From the NCBI GenBank assembly GCA_040380025.1, contig JBEIJY010000002.1:104239-168238 (forward strand): DNA of 64,000 bases, in the 5' to 3' direction. The notes under the pieces are model-generated. The model was not told the origin of the DNA. It worked only from the letters and a program-made list of their open reading frames with translations, and did not search any database. Position 1 is the stretch's first letter. The number at the start of each line of letters is the position of its first letter. Positions 16,023 to 25,487 of the stretch are shown piece after piece. The translations under genes were made by a program, and so were the position numbers. The DNA comes from Bdellovibrionales bacterium. GTDB taxonomy: Bacteria > Bdellovibrionota > UBA1018 > CAIMNF01.

Positions 16023-18368
16023 GTGAAATTCGTGATCCTGGCTCTTGCATCCTGCTTGTTTCTCGCGTCCGCCCGGGCCGCCACGATCACCGAGGTCCAG
16101 ACCGCGGGGCTCCGGCGCATCGAGCGCGATGCCGTGCTCGAGAAAATCCTCTCCAAAAAGGGTGTTGAGTACGATTCCGACCGCATCCGATCCGACATCG
16201 AGGCCCTTTATGGCATGGGGTATTTTGACGACATCTCGATTCATCGGGAGGACTCCCCCGAAGGCGGCGTCGTTCTGAAGTACGAATTCGTCGAGCGGCC
16301 CGTGATCAACGAGATTCTTTTCGAGGGGAACGAAAAGATCTCCACCTCCGATCTCGAGGAGGCGATCAAGGTCAAGCGCTGGTCGATCCTCGACACGAGC
16401 AAAGTCCAGGCGGACATCGAGATCCTTCAAAAGCAGTACGAAGAAAAAGGCTATTTCCTCGCCCGGATCACCCATGAGGTGAGGCCCGATGTCGAGGGAG
16501 AGGTCAAGCTCGTGTACCGGGTCTCGGACTACGACAAGGTCGAGATCAAGCGGATCAACATCCTGAACAACAAGCGCTTCAGCACTTCAAAGCTGAAGTC
16601 CCTTTTCGCCGAAACCAAAGAGGGAGATTCGGCGAGCCTGCTTTCGAGCGGGGGATCCTTCAAGGAATCGGCGTTCAAGGTCGATCTCCAGCGCCTGATG
16701 TATTTTTACTTCGACAACGGCTATCTCAAGTTCCGGCATGAGAATCCCGTGGTCACCGTGAGCGAAGACAAGCGCCACGTGTTCATCTCGCTCTGGGTCG
16801 ATGAAGGCGAGCAGTACTCGGTTGGGTCGTATGACTTCAGCGGCGATCTTCTTTTTCCGAAAGATGAGCTCAAAAAAGAGATCAGTCTCCTGGAAGGCCA
16901 GATCTTCACGATTACGGGGCGCAATGCCGACATCCAGAGGCTGACCGAGAAATATCAGGATCTCGGGTACGCCTTTGTGAACGTGGTTCCCCGGATGGAG
17001 TTCGATGACCAGAAGAAAACCATCGCCGTCGATTATTCTTTCGAAAAAGGAAGCCTGGTTCATTTTGGCGAGATCCGGATCGTCGGCAACACCAAGACCT
17101 ACGACAAGGTGATCCGTCGCGAGCTTCGGATTTATGAGGGCGAGCTGTACAGCGGGTCCAAGCTCAGAATTTCAAAGGAGCGGGTGGAGCGCCTCGGGTT
17201 TTTTGCGCCGGGCGAGGTGCAGTTCAATCAGATTCCGCGAAAAGGGCGCGATGATGTCGTCGACATCGAGATCCAGATCAAGGAACGCTCGACCGGAAGC
17301 GTGACTCTCGGGGCCGGATACAGCTCCGTGCAGGGCTTCTTTTTTCAGGGAAGGATCCAGGAAATCAACCTCTTCGGCCGTGGTCAGAACCTGAGCTTCG
17401 AGACGCAGTGGGGGCGCACCCAGCTCGTCCGGAGCTTCTCGCTTTCGTTTCTTGATCCGTACGCCTTCGATACCCTTTGGAGTGCGGGCTTTGACATCTT
17501 CATGGCGAACTCGCCGATCCCGGACCGCTACCTGATCCGTCGCTCGGGGTTCAATCTCAGGACGGGGTATCCGCTCACCGATGACATTCAAGGGTTCATC
17601 ACCTACAAGTTCGAGCATCTGGGAGTCCTGATCAACGATGCCGACAGCCGGAATCAGCAGCGGCTCCTTCCGGGCGCAAACACTTCGCTCCCCGTACTGA
17701 AGGCCGATGAAACTCTCGACAGAGGCATTCTCTCGAGCCTGGTCTTCAGCGTGGTCCGTGATCGCCGGAATAACCGCTTCGAAACCACCAGCGGCAATTA
17801 TCAGAACGCCTCGTTCGAGATCGCCGGTCTCGGCGGGGTGAAGGATTTTGCGAAGCTCATTTTGAACAATCGCTTTTATTCGAATTTCATCGGGAATTTT
17901 GTTTTCAAGAACAACACCGAGTTCGGCGCCTTGTTCAATACCGGCGGACGGGGGATTCCTCCTGCCGAGAAGTTCTTCCTCGGGGGGCCGTGGAATTTGC
18001 GCGGCTTTGATGCGTTCTCGATCTCGCCGACCAGTGGCACGGGAACAGCGGACGATCCGATCGAGAAACTCGGCGGGGTCTCGCAATTCTTCTCGATGTT
18101 CGAGCTGGAGCATCCGATCGTGAAGGAGGCGGGAATCAAAGGAGTCCTTTTTTACGACGTCGGAAGCTCTTTTGCGGGCGTTCCTGTCATCGATTCTGGT
18201 CGAAACTACAATCTCCGGCAGGACTGGGGATTCGGAATCCGCTGGTTTTCGCCCCTCGGACCTCTGCGATTTGAATGGGGTTTTCCGATCGGACGGCAGA
18301 TCATCGCCACCCGGGGCCAGATCGAGGCAAGCCCCTCATTCATTTTCTTTATCGGACAACCCTTTTAG
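16023..18368 (+). CDS. bamA: Outer membrane protein assembly factor BamA
   Basis: POTRA repeats, GNTKTYDKVIRRE, LRGF, WFSPLGPLRF, terminal Phe. Confidence 0.95.
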   Translation: MKFVILALASCLFLASARAATITEVQTAGLRRIERDAVLEKILSKKGVEYDSDRIRSDIEALYGMGYFDDISIHREDSPEGGVVLKYEFVERPVINEILFEGNEKISTSDLEEAIKVKRWSILDTSKVQADIEILQKQYEEKGYFLARITHEVRPDVEGEVKLVYRVSDYDKVEIKRINILNNKRFSTSKLKSLFAETKEGDSASLLSSGGSFKESAFKVDLQRLMYFYFDNGYLKFRHENPVVTVSEDKRHVFISLWVDEGEQYSVGSYDFSGDLLFPKDELKKEISLLEGQIFTITGRNADIQRLTEKYQDLGYAFVNVVPRMEFDDQKKTIAVDYSFEKGSLVHFGEIRIVGNTKTYDKVIRRELRIYEGELYSGSKLRISKERVERLGFFAPGEVQFNQIPRKGRDDVVDIEIQIKERSTGSVTLGAGYSSVQGFFFQGRIQEINLFGRGQNLSFETQWGRTQLVRSFSLSFLDPYAFDTLWSAGFDIFMANSPIPDRYLIRRSGFNLRTGYPLTDDIQGFITYKFEHLGVLINDADSRNQQRLLPGANTSLPVLKADETLDRGILSSLVFSVVRDRRNNRFETTSGNYQNASFEIAGLGGVKDFAKLILNNRFYSNFIGNFVFKNNTEFGALFNTGGRGIPPAEKFFLGGPWNLRGFDAFSISPTSGTGTADDPIEKLGGVSQFFSMFELEHPIVKEAGIKGVLFYDVGSSFAGVPVIDSGRNYNLRQDWGFGIRWFSPLGPLRFEWGFPIGRQIIATRGQIEASPSFIFFIGQPF

Positions 18369-18383
18369 GTTAAGCTCCCCCTC

Positions 18384-18893
18384 ATGAACAAAACAGCCAC
18401 GATCGGTTTTATTCTGTGCAGTCTGGTCCTCAACTCCGCCATCGCCCGTGCCGACGGAGACCTGAAAGTCGGGATCATCGACATGCAGAAATGCATTCAA
18501 AGTTCGGATTCCGGAAAGAAAGCGAAGGCCGAGCTCGAAGCAGCCTTCAACAAAAAGAAAAAAGAACTTCAAGAGCAGGAACAGGCTTTTAAGACCGCAG
18601 AAGAAGCGTTTCAAAAGAAGCAGGGCGCTTTGAGCGAGACCGCCCGGAAGGAACAACAAGAAAAGCTCCGGGAGAAGTTCATGAAGTATCAGGAGAACCT
18701 GCAGCGATCCCAGGCCGAGATTCAAAAAAAGGAGCAGGACATGAGCGCTCCCATCATCCAGAAGGTGCGCGAGAAGGTGACCGAAATCGCGAAGAAACGC
18801 GGCCTCGGCATCGTGCTCGAGAAGAACGAGAACATCGTCATTCATTCCGAGGACCGCTACGACATCACCGATGAGGTCATGAAGGCTCTTTGA
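18384..18893 (+). CDS. skp: OmpH/Skp periplasmic chaperone
   Basis: Signal peptide, KVGIIDMQK, coiled coil, DITDEV; sits between bamA and lpxD. Confidence 0.9.
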   Translation: MNKTATIGFILCSLVLNSAIARADGDLKVGIIDMQKCIQSSDSGKKAKAELEAAFNKKKKELQEQEQAFKTAEEAFQKKQGALSETARKEQQEKLREKFMKYQENLQRSQAEIQKKEQDMSAPIIQKVREKVTEIAKKRGLGIVLEKNENIVIHSEDRYDITDEVMKAL

Positions 18894-19978
18894 TGGTCTC
18901 GATCGAGCAGGTTGCAGACTGGTGCGGGGGACGGATTGCGAACTCCGCTGAGGGGGCGATTTCCTCGCTGGCAGGGTCGCTTCGCCTGCGACGGATCGCA
19001 CCTCTTGAGAAGGCCGGACCCGAGGATCTTGCGTTCTTTTTTTCAAAAAACTACCAAGAGGCCCTGAAGCAGACCCGCGCCGGGGCGATCGTGACGGGCG
19101 ATGCGTTCGTCGCTCCTCTGGCCGGATCGGGACTTCCCCAGTGGAAGACTTCCGTATTTTTGTCGTGCCCGCAGCCTTATCTGGCGATGGCACTCATCAC
19201 CCGCGAATTTTCGAAACTTCTTTCGGCCCATGATCATCAGCAAAAAAGAGCCGCAAGCGAGATCCACCCGAGCGCGGTGATCGATCCTTCGGCACGGCTC
19301 GGCGAGCGGGTCAAAGTGGGTCCTCATGTGGTCATCGAGGCCGGCGCCGTGGTGGGCAATGATGTCACCCTGTATCCCTCGGTGTATCTCGGCCCGGATA
19401 CGCGAGTGGGCGATGAGACCGTGCTCTTCCCGCGAGTTTCGCTGTATCAGGCAAGCGAGGTCGGCAAGAGGTGCCGCCTCCACGCCGGAGCAGTGATCGG
19501 AGCCGACGGGTTCGGGTACGCGCAAAAAACCGACCCAGCAAGCAAGCTCCCGGTCGATCACCTGAAGATTTACCATCTCGGCCGCGTTGTGATCGGCGAC
19601 GATGTTGAGATCGGTGCGAATTCGACGATCGATCGCGGCACTTTCGGCGACACGATCATCGGCGACAAGGTCAAGATCGACAACCAGGTCCAGATCGGAC
19701 ACAACGTGGTGCTCGAAGAGGGCGCGGTTCTTTGCGGCGCCTCCGGAGTCGCGGGAAGTTCAACGGTCGGACGATTCACCATGATCGGAGCACAGGCGGG
19801 TCTCGGCAACGGAGTCAAAGTCGGGGCGTACTCGACGCTCGCAGGGTATACCGGTGTGACCAAGGATTATCCCGATCATTCCGCTCTTGCGGGAGTTCCC
19901 GCGCGGCCGCAAAGCGAGCAGTTCCGGATCCTGGCGCTCCAACAAAAGCTTCTGAAAGAACGAGGACGAAAAAAATGA
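18893..19978 (+). CDS. lpxD: UDP-3-O-acylglucosamine N-acyltransferase
   Basis: Hexapeptide repeats, IGADGFGY, EIGANSTIDRG, KIDNQVQIGHN. Confidence 0.94.
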   Translation: MVSIEQVADWCGGRIANSAEGAISSLAGSLRLRRIAPLEKAGPEDLAFFFSKNYQEALKQTRAGAIVTGDAFVAPLAGSGLPQWKTSVFLSCPQPYLAMALITREFSKLLSAHDHQQKRAASEIHPSAVIDPSARLGERVKVGPHVVIEAGAVVGNDVTLYPSVYLGPDTRVGDETVLFPRVSLYQASEVGKRCRLHAGAVIGADGFGYAQKTDPASKLPVDHLKIYHLGRVVIGDDVEIGANSTIDRGTFGDTIIGDKVKIDNQVQIGHNVVLEEGAVLCGASGVAGSSTVGRFTMIGAQAGLGNGVKVGAYSTLAGYTGVTKDYPDHSALAGVPARPQSEQFRILALQQKLLKERGRKK

Positions 19979-20505
19979 ACGAGCCCGCTCCGTACCAACT
20001 GGATATCCGGAAGATCCAGGAATTTCTTCCTCATCGGTATCCGTTCTTGATGGTCGACCGGATTCTGGACATCACCGGGCCCGGCCCCTTGGACAGTGAC
20101 GAGTCCAAGACCAAAATCGGCATCAAGGTCCGGGGCGTGAAGAACGTCACCATGAATGAGCCGTATTTCACGGGACACTTTCCCGACCTTCCGATCATGC
20201 CCGGGGTGCAGATCATCGAGGCCATGGCCCAGGTGGCGAGCTTTTCGATTTATCCGACCTACATGAAGCGCAAAGCCGAATTCGACGACGGGTTTCAGTG
20301 CTTTCTCGTGGGAGTCGACAACGCGCGCTTCCGCGCGCCCGTCACTCCGGGAGATGTTCTCGTGGTCGAAACCGAAGTGACCATGAGTCGCTCCACCATG
20401 TGGGGGTTCCATGTTCGCGGTACCGTCGACGGCAAACTCGTGGCCGAGGCCGATCTTCTCGCTAACATCCTGATGAGCCGCAAGGGCTCGAAAACAGTCC
20501 GATAA
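19975..20505 (+). CDS. fabZ: 3-hydroxyacyl-ACP dehydratase
   Basis: LPHRYPFLMVDR, KNVTMNEPYFTGHFP, PGVQIIEAMAQ motifs. Confidence 0.94.
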   Translation: MNEPAPYQLDIRKIQEFLPHRYPFLMVDRILDITGPGPLDSDESKTKIGIKVRGVKNVTMNEPYFTGHFPDLPIMPGVQIIEAMAQVASFSIYPTYMKRKAEFDDGFQCFLVGVDNARFRAPVTPGDVLVVETEVTMSRSTMWGFHVRGTVDGKLVAEADLLANILMSRKGSKTVR

Positions 20506-20518
20506 AAGGAGTTTCATC

Positions 20519-21298
20519 ATGGCGAACATCCATTCGACTGCGATTGTCCATGCCCGTGCAGAGCTTGCCGCCACGGTCGAGGTAGGACCCTACTGTGTGA
20601 TCGGCCCGAATGTGAAGGTCGACGAGGGGACTTGTTTTCAGAGCCATGTTGTCGTCGATGGTTGGACGACGATCGGCAAGAACAATGTGTTCTTTCCGTT
20701 CGGCTCGATCGGAGCCGTGCCGCAGGACCTGAAGTACAAGGGCGAAAAAACCGAGCTGATCATCGGGGACCACAACACGATCCGCGAGAGCGTCACTTTG
20801 AATCTCGGGACCGTGCAGGGAATCGGAAAGACCGTGATCGGAAATCACAACCTGATCATGGCCTATGTGCATTTCGGTCATGATGTCGTGCTCGGAAACC
20901 ACGCCATCATCGCGAACTCGGTCAATCTTGCGGGGCACTCCGTGATCGAAGACCATGTGAACGTCGGCGGCATGACCGGGGTTGTGCAGTTCTGCCGGAT
21001 CGGGGCGCACTCCTATGTCGGGGGTTGTTCGGTGATCGATCGGGACGTGACTCCCTTCACCATCGTCATCGGCTCACGGCCCGTCGAGCTGAAGGGTGCC
21101 AACATCATCGGCCTTCGCCGGCGTGGATTCAGCAATGCCACGATCTCGGCGATCAGTGAATCCCTGAAGCTCTGGAAGCGTGCGGATGTCATGAGGGACC
21201 AGTGCCTGCTCGAGATCGAGAGCCAGTATGGCGAGGTTCCCGAGGTGCGGGAACTCGTGCAGTTCATCCGGAAGAGCGAGCACGGTTGCGTGAGATGA
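20519..21298 (+). CDS. lpxA: Acyl-ACP--UDP-N-acetylglucosamine O-acyltransferase
   Basis: Hexapeptide repeats, PQDLKYKGE, MAYVHFGHD, NIIGLRRRGF. Confidence 0.95.
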   Translation: MANIHSTAIVHARAELAATVEVGPYCVIGPNVKVDEGTCFQSHVVVDGWTTIGKNNVFFPFGSIGAVPQDLKYKGEKTELIIGDHNTIRESVTLNLGTVQGIGKTVIGNHNLIMAYVHFGHDVVLGNHAIIANSVNLAGHSVIEDHVNVGGMTGVVQFCRIGAHSYVGGCSVIDRDVTPFTIVIGSRPVELKGANIIGLRRRGFSNATISAISESLKLWKRADVMRDQCLLEIESQYGEVPEVRELVQFIRKSEHGCVR

Positions 21299-23382
21299 GG
21301 ATCTTTGTCTCCGCGGCGGAGATTTCGTCTGACATTCACGCCGCGAAGATTCTCCGCGCCCTGATCGATCTCTTGCCGCCGGATTCGGTCCGTGTTGCCG
21401 GAATCGGCGGTCCGCGTCTTCGAGCCCTCCCTGAATTCGAGTGTCTTGCCGAAGCGGAGTCGATGCGGGTCATGGGTTTTGTCGAAGTGCTCGGAAGTTT
21501 GGGCAAGCTCGCGCGAATTCGTGACAAAATCGAAGGATTCCTTTCTTCGAATCCTCCCGATCTCATTCTGACGTTCGATTATCCTGATTTCCATTTTTCT
21601 TTGATGAAAAGACTCTCGCGCCATCCCTGGTTTGCGGAAGCATTCAAGATCTGCGCGATTCCGCCCAAGGTCTGGGTGTGGCGAAAAAATCGGGTCGAAC
21701 GGATCCGCAGACTCTACGACGGGGTGCTCGTGGTGTTCCCGTTCGAAGAACAATTCTATCGCGATCACGGGATCCCGGTTTTGTACCGTGGGAATCCGCT
21801 CATTGCCGATCTGCTCGAGCGGCATCCTGTCCGGGCCGGTGGCGATGCCGGTGATTTCTTGCAACTCGCAGTTCTTCCCGGAAGCCGCAAGGGGGAGCTA
21901 AAGCAGCATCTTCCGATTGTGGCGGCCACGCTTCATGATCTTTCTGCGATTTCAGGAAGAACGGTGATTGCAGAGGTGCCCGTTCCCCGGGGAGTCGAGC
22001 AGTCTTGGATCGAGTGCGAGCTGGTTTCGAACTCACGGGTGCAGTACCGGTTTTTTCCGGATGGATCGGGAGAGGTCCTCTCGCGCAATTCCGTCGGGTT
22101 GGTGAAGAGCGGCACGTCCACGCTCGAGGCGGCGGTTCTCGGGTGTGTGCCGGTGATTTTTTATCGAATGAATCCCGTGAGTGAGTGGATTTTCAAGAAA
22201 TTCGTCCGGTACGCCGGTCCGGTGGGGCTCCCGAACATCCTGCTTGGAATCCGGGATCGAAGCCGCGCGGTGTTTCGCGAGTTTTTGGGTCGGGAGGCCG
22301 CCCCCGGAGCGCTGGCCGTGGAGCTTCGGAGATTGCTCGAGGATTCCGGGTCGAGAGACGAACTCCAACGGGCCGGTGACTCCTTGCGGTCCTCTTTGGT
22401 GCCCGCCCGGGGGCCGGTCCCGACCGAACTCGCGAAGGCCATTCTGGAGTGGGTTTCGACGCCGCGAAATCTCCGCATTTCCCGCAAAAAATCAACATGG
22501 ATCGCACTGGCTTCGTTCTTCTGGTCTTGTTTGAATGGCCTGCGAAGGGGAGTGCGGAAGGCTCTCGGACTCACCGGGCGCAAGCTTCCGGTCCGTTCGA
22601 TTCTGGTCGGAAACCTGCAGGCCGGCGGGGCGGGAAAAACCCCTCTGGTGATCGCTCTCGCGCAGGGGGCGCTGGCGCGGGGGGATCGGGTCGGGGTGGT
22701 TTCGCGCGGCTACGGAATCAAGCTCACTGAAACAGTCCGGATCGCATCTCACGGGGACTCCGCGTCCCGGATCGGAGACGAACCGGCCGAAATTCTGAGC
22801 GAGGTACCGGGAGTGAAGATCGCTCTTTCGGCCGATCGGCATCAGGCTGCAGAGGCACTGATCCGCGAGGGCGTGAATCTCATTCTGGCCGATGACGGAT
22901 TCCAGAATCTCCGGTTTCGCACCGATGTGACCGTTCTTGCGGTGACGGATGCGGGACGGAACGAGATTCCCTATCGGGATTTTGACTCGGTCGCGACTTT
23001 GGCAGACTTCGTCGTCCAAACAAAGGGCGAGGTGGGCGACCGGTTCGGTGCGATTTTTCGGCTCGAGTGGGAGTCTGATGCGATTCCTCATGGTCCTCTT
23101 TGGCTCTGGTGTGCCGTCGGGGATCCCGATGAGGTGGTGCGATTCCATCGGAATCGCGGGTGTGAAATCGAGCGTGTGATCGTCGCCCGCGATCATGCGG
23201 TGCCGGACCCCGCGGCGATCTCGGCATGGATCAACGAAGCCCGTCTTGCGGGTGCGCATCTGGCCGTGACCCCGAAGGATGCGGTGAAGATTCCGCTCGA
23301 TCTGCGTCAGGAAATTGTGGTTCTTTCTCGAAGGATTCGCGCTCCACAGTTGATTTCGAAGATCTTGGACCGTTTGCAATAA
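21295..23382 (+). CDS. lpxB: Lipid-A-disaccharide synthase fused to tetraacyldisaccharide 4'-kinase (LpxB-LpxK)
   Basis: N-half VMGFVEV, DYPDF, PPKVWVW, FPFE, LPGSR, SGTSTLE, LPNIL (LpxB); C-half VGNLQAGGAGKTP, VSRGYG, GDEP, DDGFQ, TPKDAVK (LpxK); single ORF; ATG overlaps the lpxA stop. Confidence 0.85.
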   Translation: MRIFVSAAEISSDIHAAKILRALIDLLPPDSVRVAGIGGPRLRALPEFECLAEAESMRVMGFVEVLGSLGKLARIRDKIEGFLSSNPPDLILTFDYPDFHFSLMKRLSRHPWFAEAFKICAIPPKVWVWRKNRVERIRRLYDGVLVVFPFEEQFYRDHGIPVLYRGNPLIADLLERHPVRAGGDAGDFLQLAVLPGSRKGELKQHLPIVAATLHDLSAISGRTVIAEVPVPRGVEQSWIECELVSNSRVQYRFFPDGSGEVLSRNSVGLVKSGTSTLEAAVLGCVPVIFYRMNPVSEWIFKKFVRYAGPVGLPNILLGIRDRSRAVFREFLGREAAPGALAVELRRLLEDSGSRDELQRAGDSLRSSLVPARGPVPTELAKAILEWVSTPRNLRISRKKSTWIALASFFWSCLNGLRRGVRKALGLTGRKLPVRSILVGNLQAGGAGKTPLVIALAQGALARGDRVGVVSRGYGIKLTETVRIASHGDSASRIGDEPAEILSEVPGVKIALSADRHQAAEALIREGVNLILADDGFQNLRFRTDVTVLAVTDAGRNEIPYRDFDSVATLADFVVQTKGEVGDRFGAIFRLEWESDAIPHGPLWLWCAVGDPDEVVRFHRNRGCEIERVIVARDHAVPDPAAISAWINEARLAGAHLAVTPKDAVKIPLDLRQEIVVLSRRIRAPQLISKILDRLQ

Positions 23383-23409
23383 GCCCTGGGAAGCCGTAAA
23401 CTCAAAAAG

Positions 23410-24447
23410 ATGGAAAGAAAACGGGGCCGGCGACTTTATTCGGCGGGACATTTCGGTCTTGGAGTGTTGTTGATTCTTGCCGCGTGTTCCACATCCAATC
23501 ATTTGCGAAAGATCGAGGATGGCGACCTGAGCAAAGAGCTTTCCCCGGATCTTGCAAAGCGCTTCGAGGTGAAGGATTTCTCGGGAGCGCCCCCGGCTCC
23601 TGCGCCGTCCCCTGCGCCGCTACCGGCTGCTTCCGAAAAAGCCGGCAAGAAGAAAGGCAAAAAAGGATCTGGAATGAAGGAGAAGCAGCCATCTCCGAGC
23701 GAGCCAAAAGCAGTCCCGGCTCCCGCGTCCGCGCCCTCCCGACGGGTGTCACCCATGCCCTTTGAGGAGGGCGAGCGTCTGACTTATGATGTGCGTTATC
23801 TCGGGGTGACCGCCGCCACGGTCGAGGTCGAGGTGGGGCCGGTCAAGTTCGTGAATGACCGGAAGGTCTATGAGCTGAGGGGTCACGCTCGAACCCAAAA
23901 GCTCTTCGAGCTGGTGTATCGGGTGGATGACCGGATTCAAAGTTATTGGGATTACGAAGGACTCTATTCGCACCGGTTTTCGATGGATCTCGATGAGAGT
24001 AAACAGAATCGAAAGCTGATTGAACTGTACGATTACGAAAAGAACCAGAGCTTTTTCTGGAATCGCATCGACCATGTCGAAAAGGGGTACAGCGAAGAAA
24101 AGCGGAATCAGGACATCCTTCCCTGGTCGCAGGATTTGCTTTCGGGATTGTTTTACCTGAGAGTGGCACCGCTTCCTGTCGACGGTTCTGCCCCGTTCCG
24201 GATGCCCGTGATCGTCGACGGAAGACCTTGGGAATCGGTGATTACGTATCTCAGGACCGAGAAAATTTTCGCCGGAGGTAAAAACCGCGAGGCGAGGGTG
24301 TACCGGGTGGAAAACCATGCGGGCGGTGAGGTGAAGAACAAAGAGAATATGCTTTGGGTTTCGACCGATGAACGCCGCCATGTCCTGCGGATCGAGACCA
24401 AGGTCAAGGTGGGATACTTCGCCATCGCGCTCGATAAGATTTTATGA
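23410..24447 (+). CDS. DUF3108-domain lipoprotein
   Basis: Lipobox LAAC; PFEEGERLTY, YRVDD, QDLLSGLFYLR, WVSTDERR. Confidence 0.72.
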   Translation: MERKRGRRLYSAGHFGLGVLLILAACSTSNHLRKIEDGDLSKELSPDLAKRFEVKDFSGAPPAPAPSPAPLPAASEKAGKKKGKKGSGMKEKQPSPSEPKAVPAPASAPSRRVSPMPFEEGERLTYDVRYLGVTAATVEVEVGPVKFVNDRKVYELRGHARTQKLFELVYRVDDRIQSYWDYEGLYSHRFSMDLDESKQNRKLIELYDYEKNQSFFWNRIDHVEKGYSEEKRNQDILPWSQDLLSGLFYLRVAPLPVDGSAPFRMPVIVDGRPWESVITYLRTEKIFAGGKNREARVYRVENHAGGEVKNKENMLWVSTDERRHVLRIETKVKVGYFAIALDKIL

Positions 24448-25487
24448 AGAGAATCCTGGTGCGGGCCCCGAACTGGATCGGGGATCAGATCCTCGCTTAT
24501 CCGTTTTTCAGGACACTCAGGGCCCGTTACCCGTCCGCATGGATTGCGGTCGTCTGCCCCGACGGACTGAAAGACATCCAGTTCTCGGGATTCGTTGACG
24601 AGGTTTTCCCCCTCCCCAAAAAGCGGAACGACCATTCCGTGAAGTCGATGTGGAAGCTTCATCGGTTCGGCCGGTTTCTCCGGACCAAGGGACCGTGGGA
24701 TCTCGCGATTCTCTTGCCGAACTCCTTCGGCTCGGCCCTCGTGTTCCGGCTGGCGGGTGCGGTCCGAAGGCGCGGCTATGTTGCCGATGCAAGGGGTTTC
24801 TTGCTGAATGAGGGGCTCAGGATCGGAGAGGCGTCGTCGCTTCACCGCTCGAATGTGTATCTGCATCTTCTGAGTCCCGAGGGAGCGCTTTCCTTTGACG
24901 GCGCCGAGTACTGGAAAAAGGGACCTGAAAAGGAATTCGATCCGTATTTGCACTGGGCGGGGGTGGATGCCTTCGAACCGCCCGATGATCCTTATTTCGT
25001 AGTGGCACCGGGGTCGAATGCGGATTCGCGGCGCTGGGACGGGGAGCGGTTTTCGGATCTCATCCGTCGCATCACCGCGCGCAGAAGACTGCTTCCGGTT
25101 GTGGTCGGCGGAAAGGCCGAGCAGGGCATTGCAGAGCGATTCCGGCAAGACGGGGTGGAGTTTCTTGATTTCACGGCAAGGGGACCGGTGGCGGCACACT
25201 GGAAGCTCTTCAAACGGGCCGCATTCCTGGTGGCGAATGATTCGGGATTGGCCCATGTCGGGGCGCTTTGCGGGTGCCCGGTGCAGATCGTATGGGGAGC
25301 GGGCGATCCTGCGAGGACACTTCCGATCGGGCCCGGCCCCGTGCGGACCATTCAGCATCCGGTAAGCTGTTGGCCCTGCGAAAAGAATGTGTGTGCTCTC
25401 CCTCAGAGTGCAAAGAATTCATGTCTGCGCGGGATCGATCCGTCACGGGTCTTCGAGGAGGTGGAGCGTGCAATTCTCTCCCGCTGA
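24444..25487 (+). CDS. waaF: Lipopolysaccharide heptosyltransferase II-like (GT9)
   Basis: APNWIGD, LPNSFGSA, NDSGLAHVGA motifs. Confidence 0.82.
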   Translation: MKRILVRAPNWIGDQILAYPFFRTLRARYPSAWIAVVCPDGLKDIQFSGFVDEVFPLPKKRNDHSVKSMWKLHRFGRFLRTKGPWDLAILLPNSFGSALVFRLAGAVRRRGYVADARGFLLNEGLRIGEASSLHRSNVYLHLLSPEGALSFDGAEYWKKGPEKEFDPYLHWAGVDAFEPPDDPYFVVAPGSNADSRRWDGERFSDLIRRITARRRLLPVVVGGKAEQGIAERFRQDGVEFLDFTARGPVAAHWKLFKRAAFLVANDSGLAHVGALCGCPVQIVWGAGDPARTLPIGPGPVRTIQHPVSCWPCEKNVCALPQSAKNSCLRGIDPSRVFEEVERAILSR

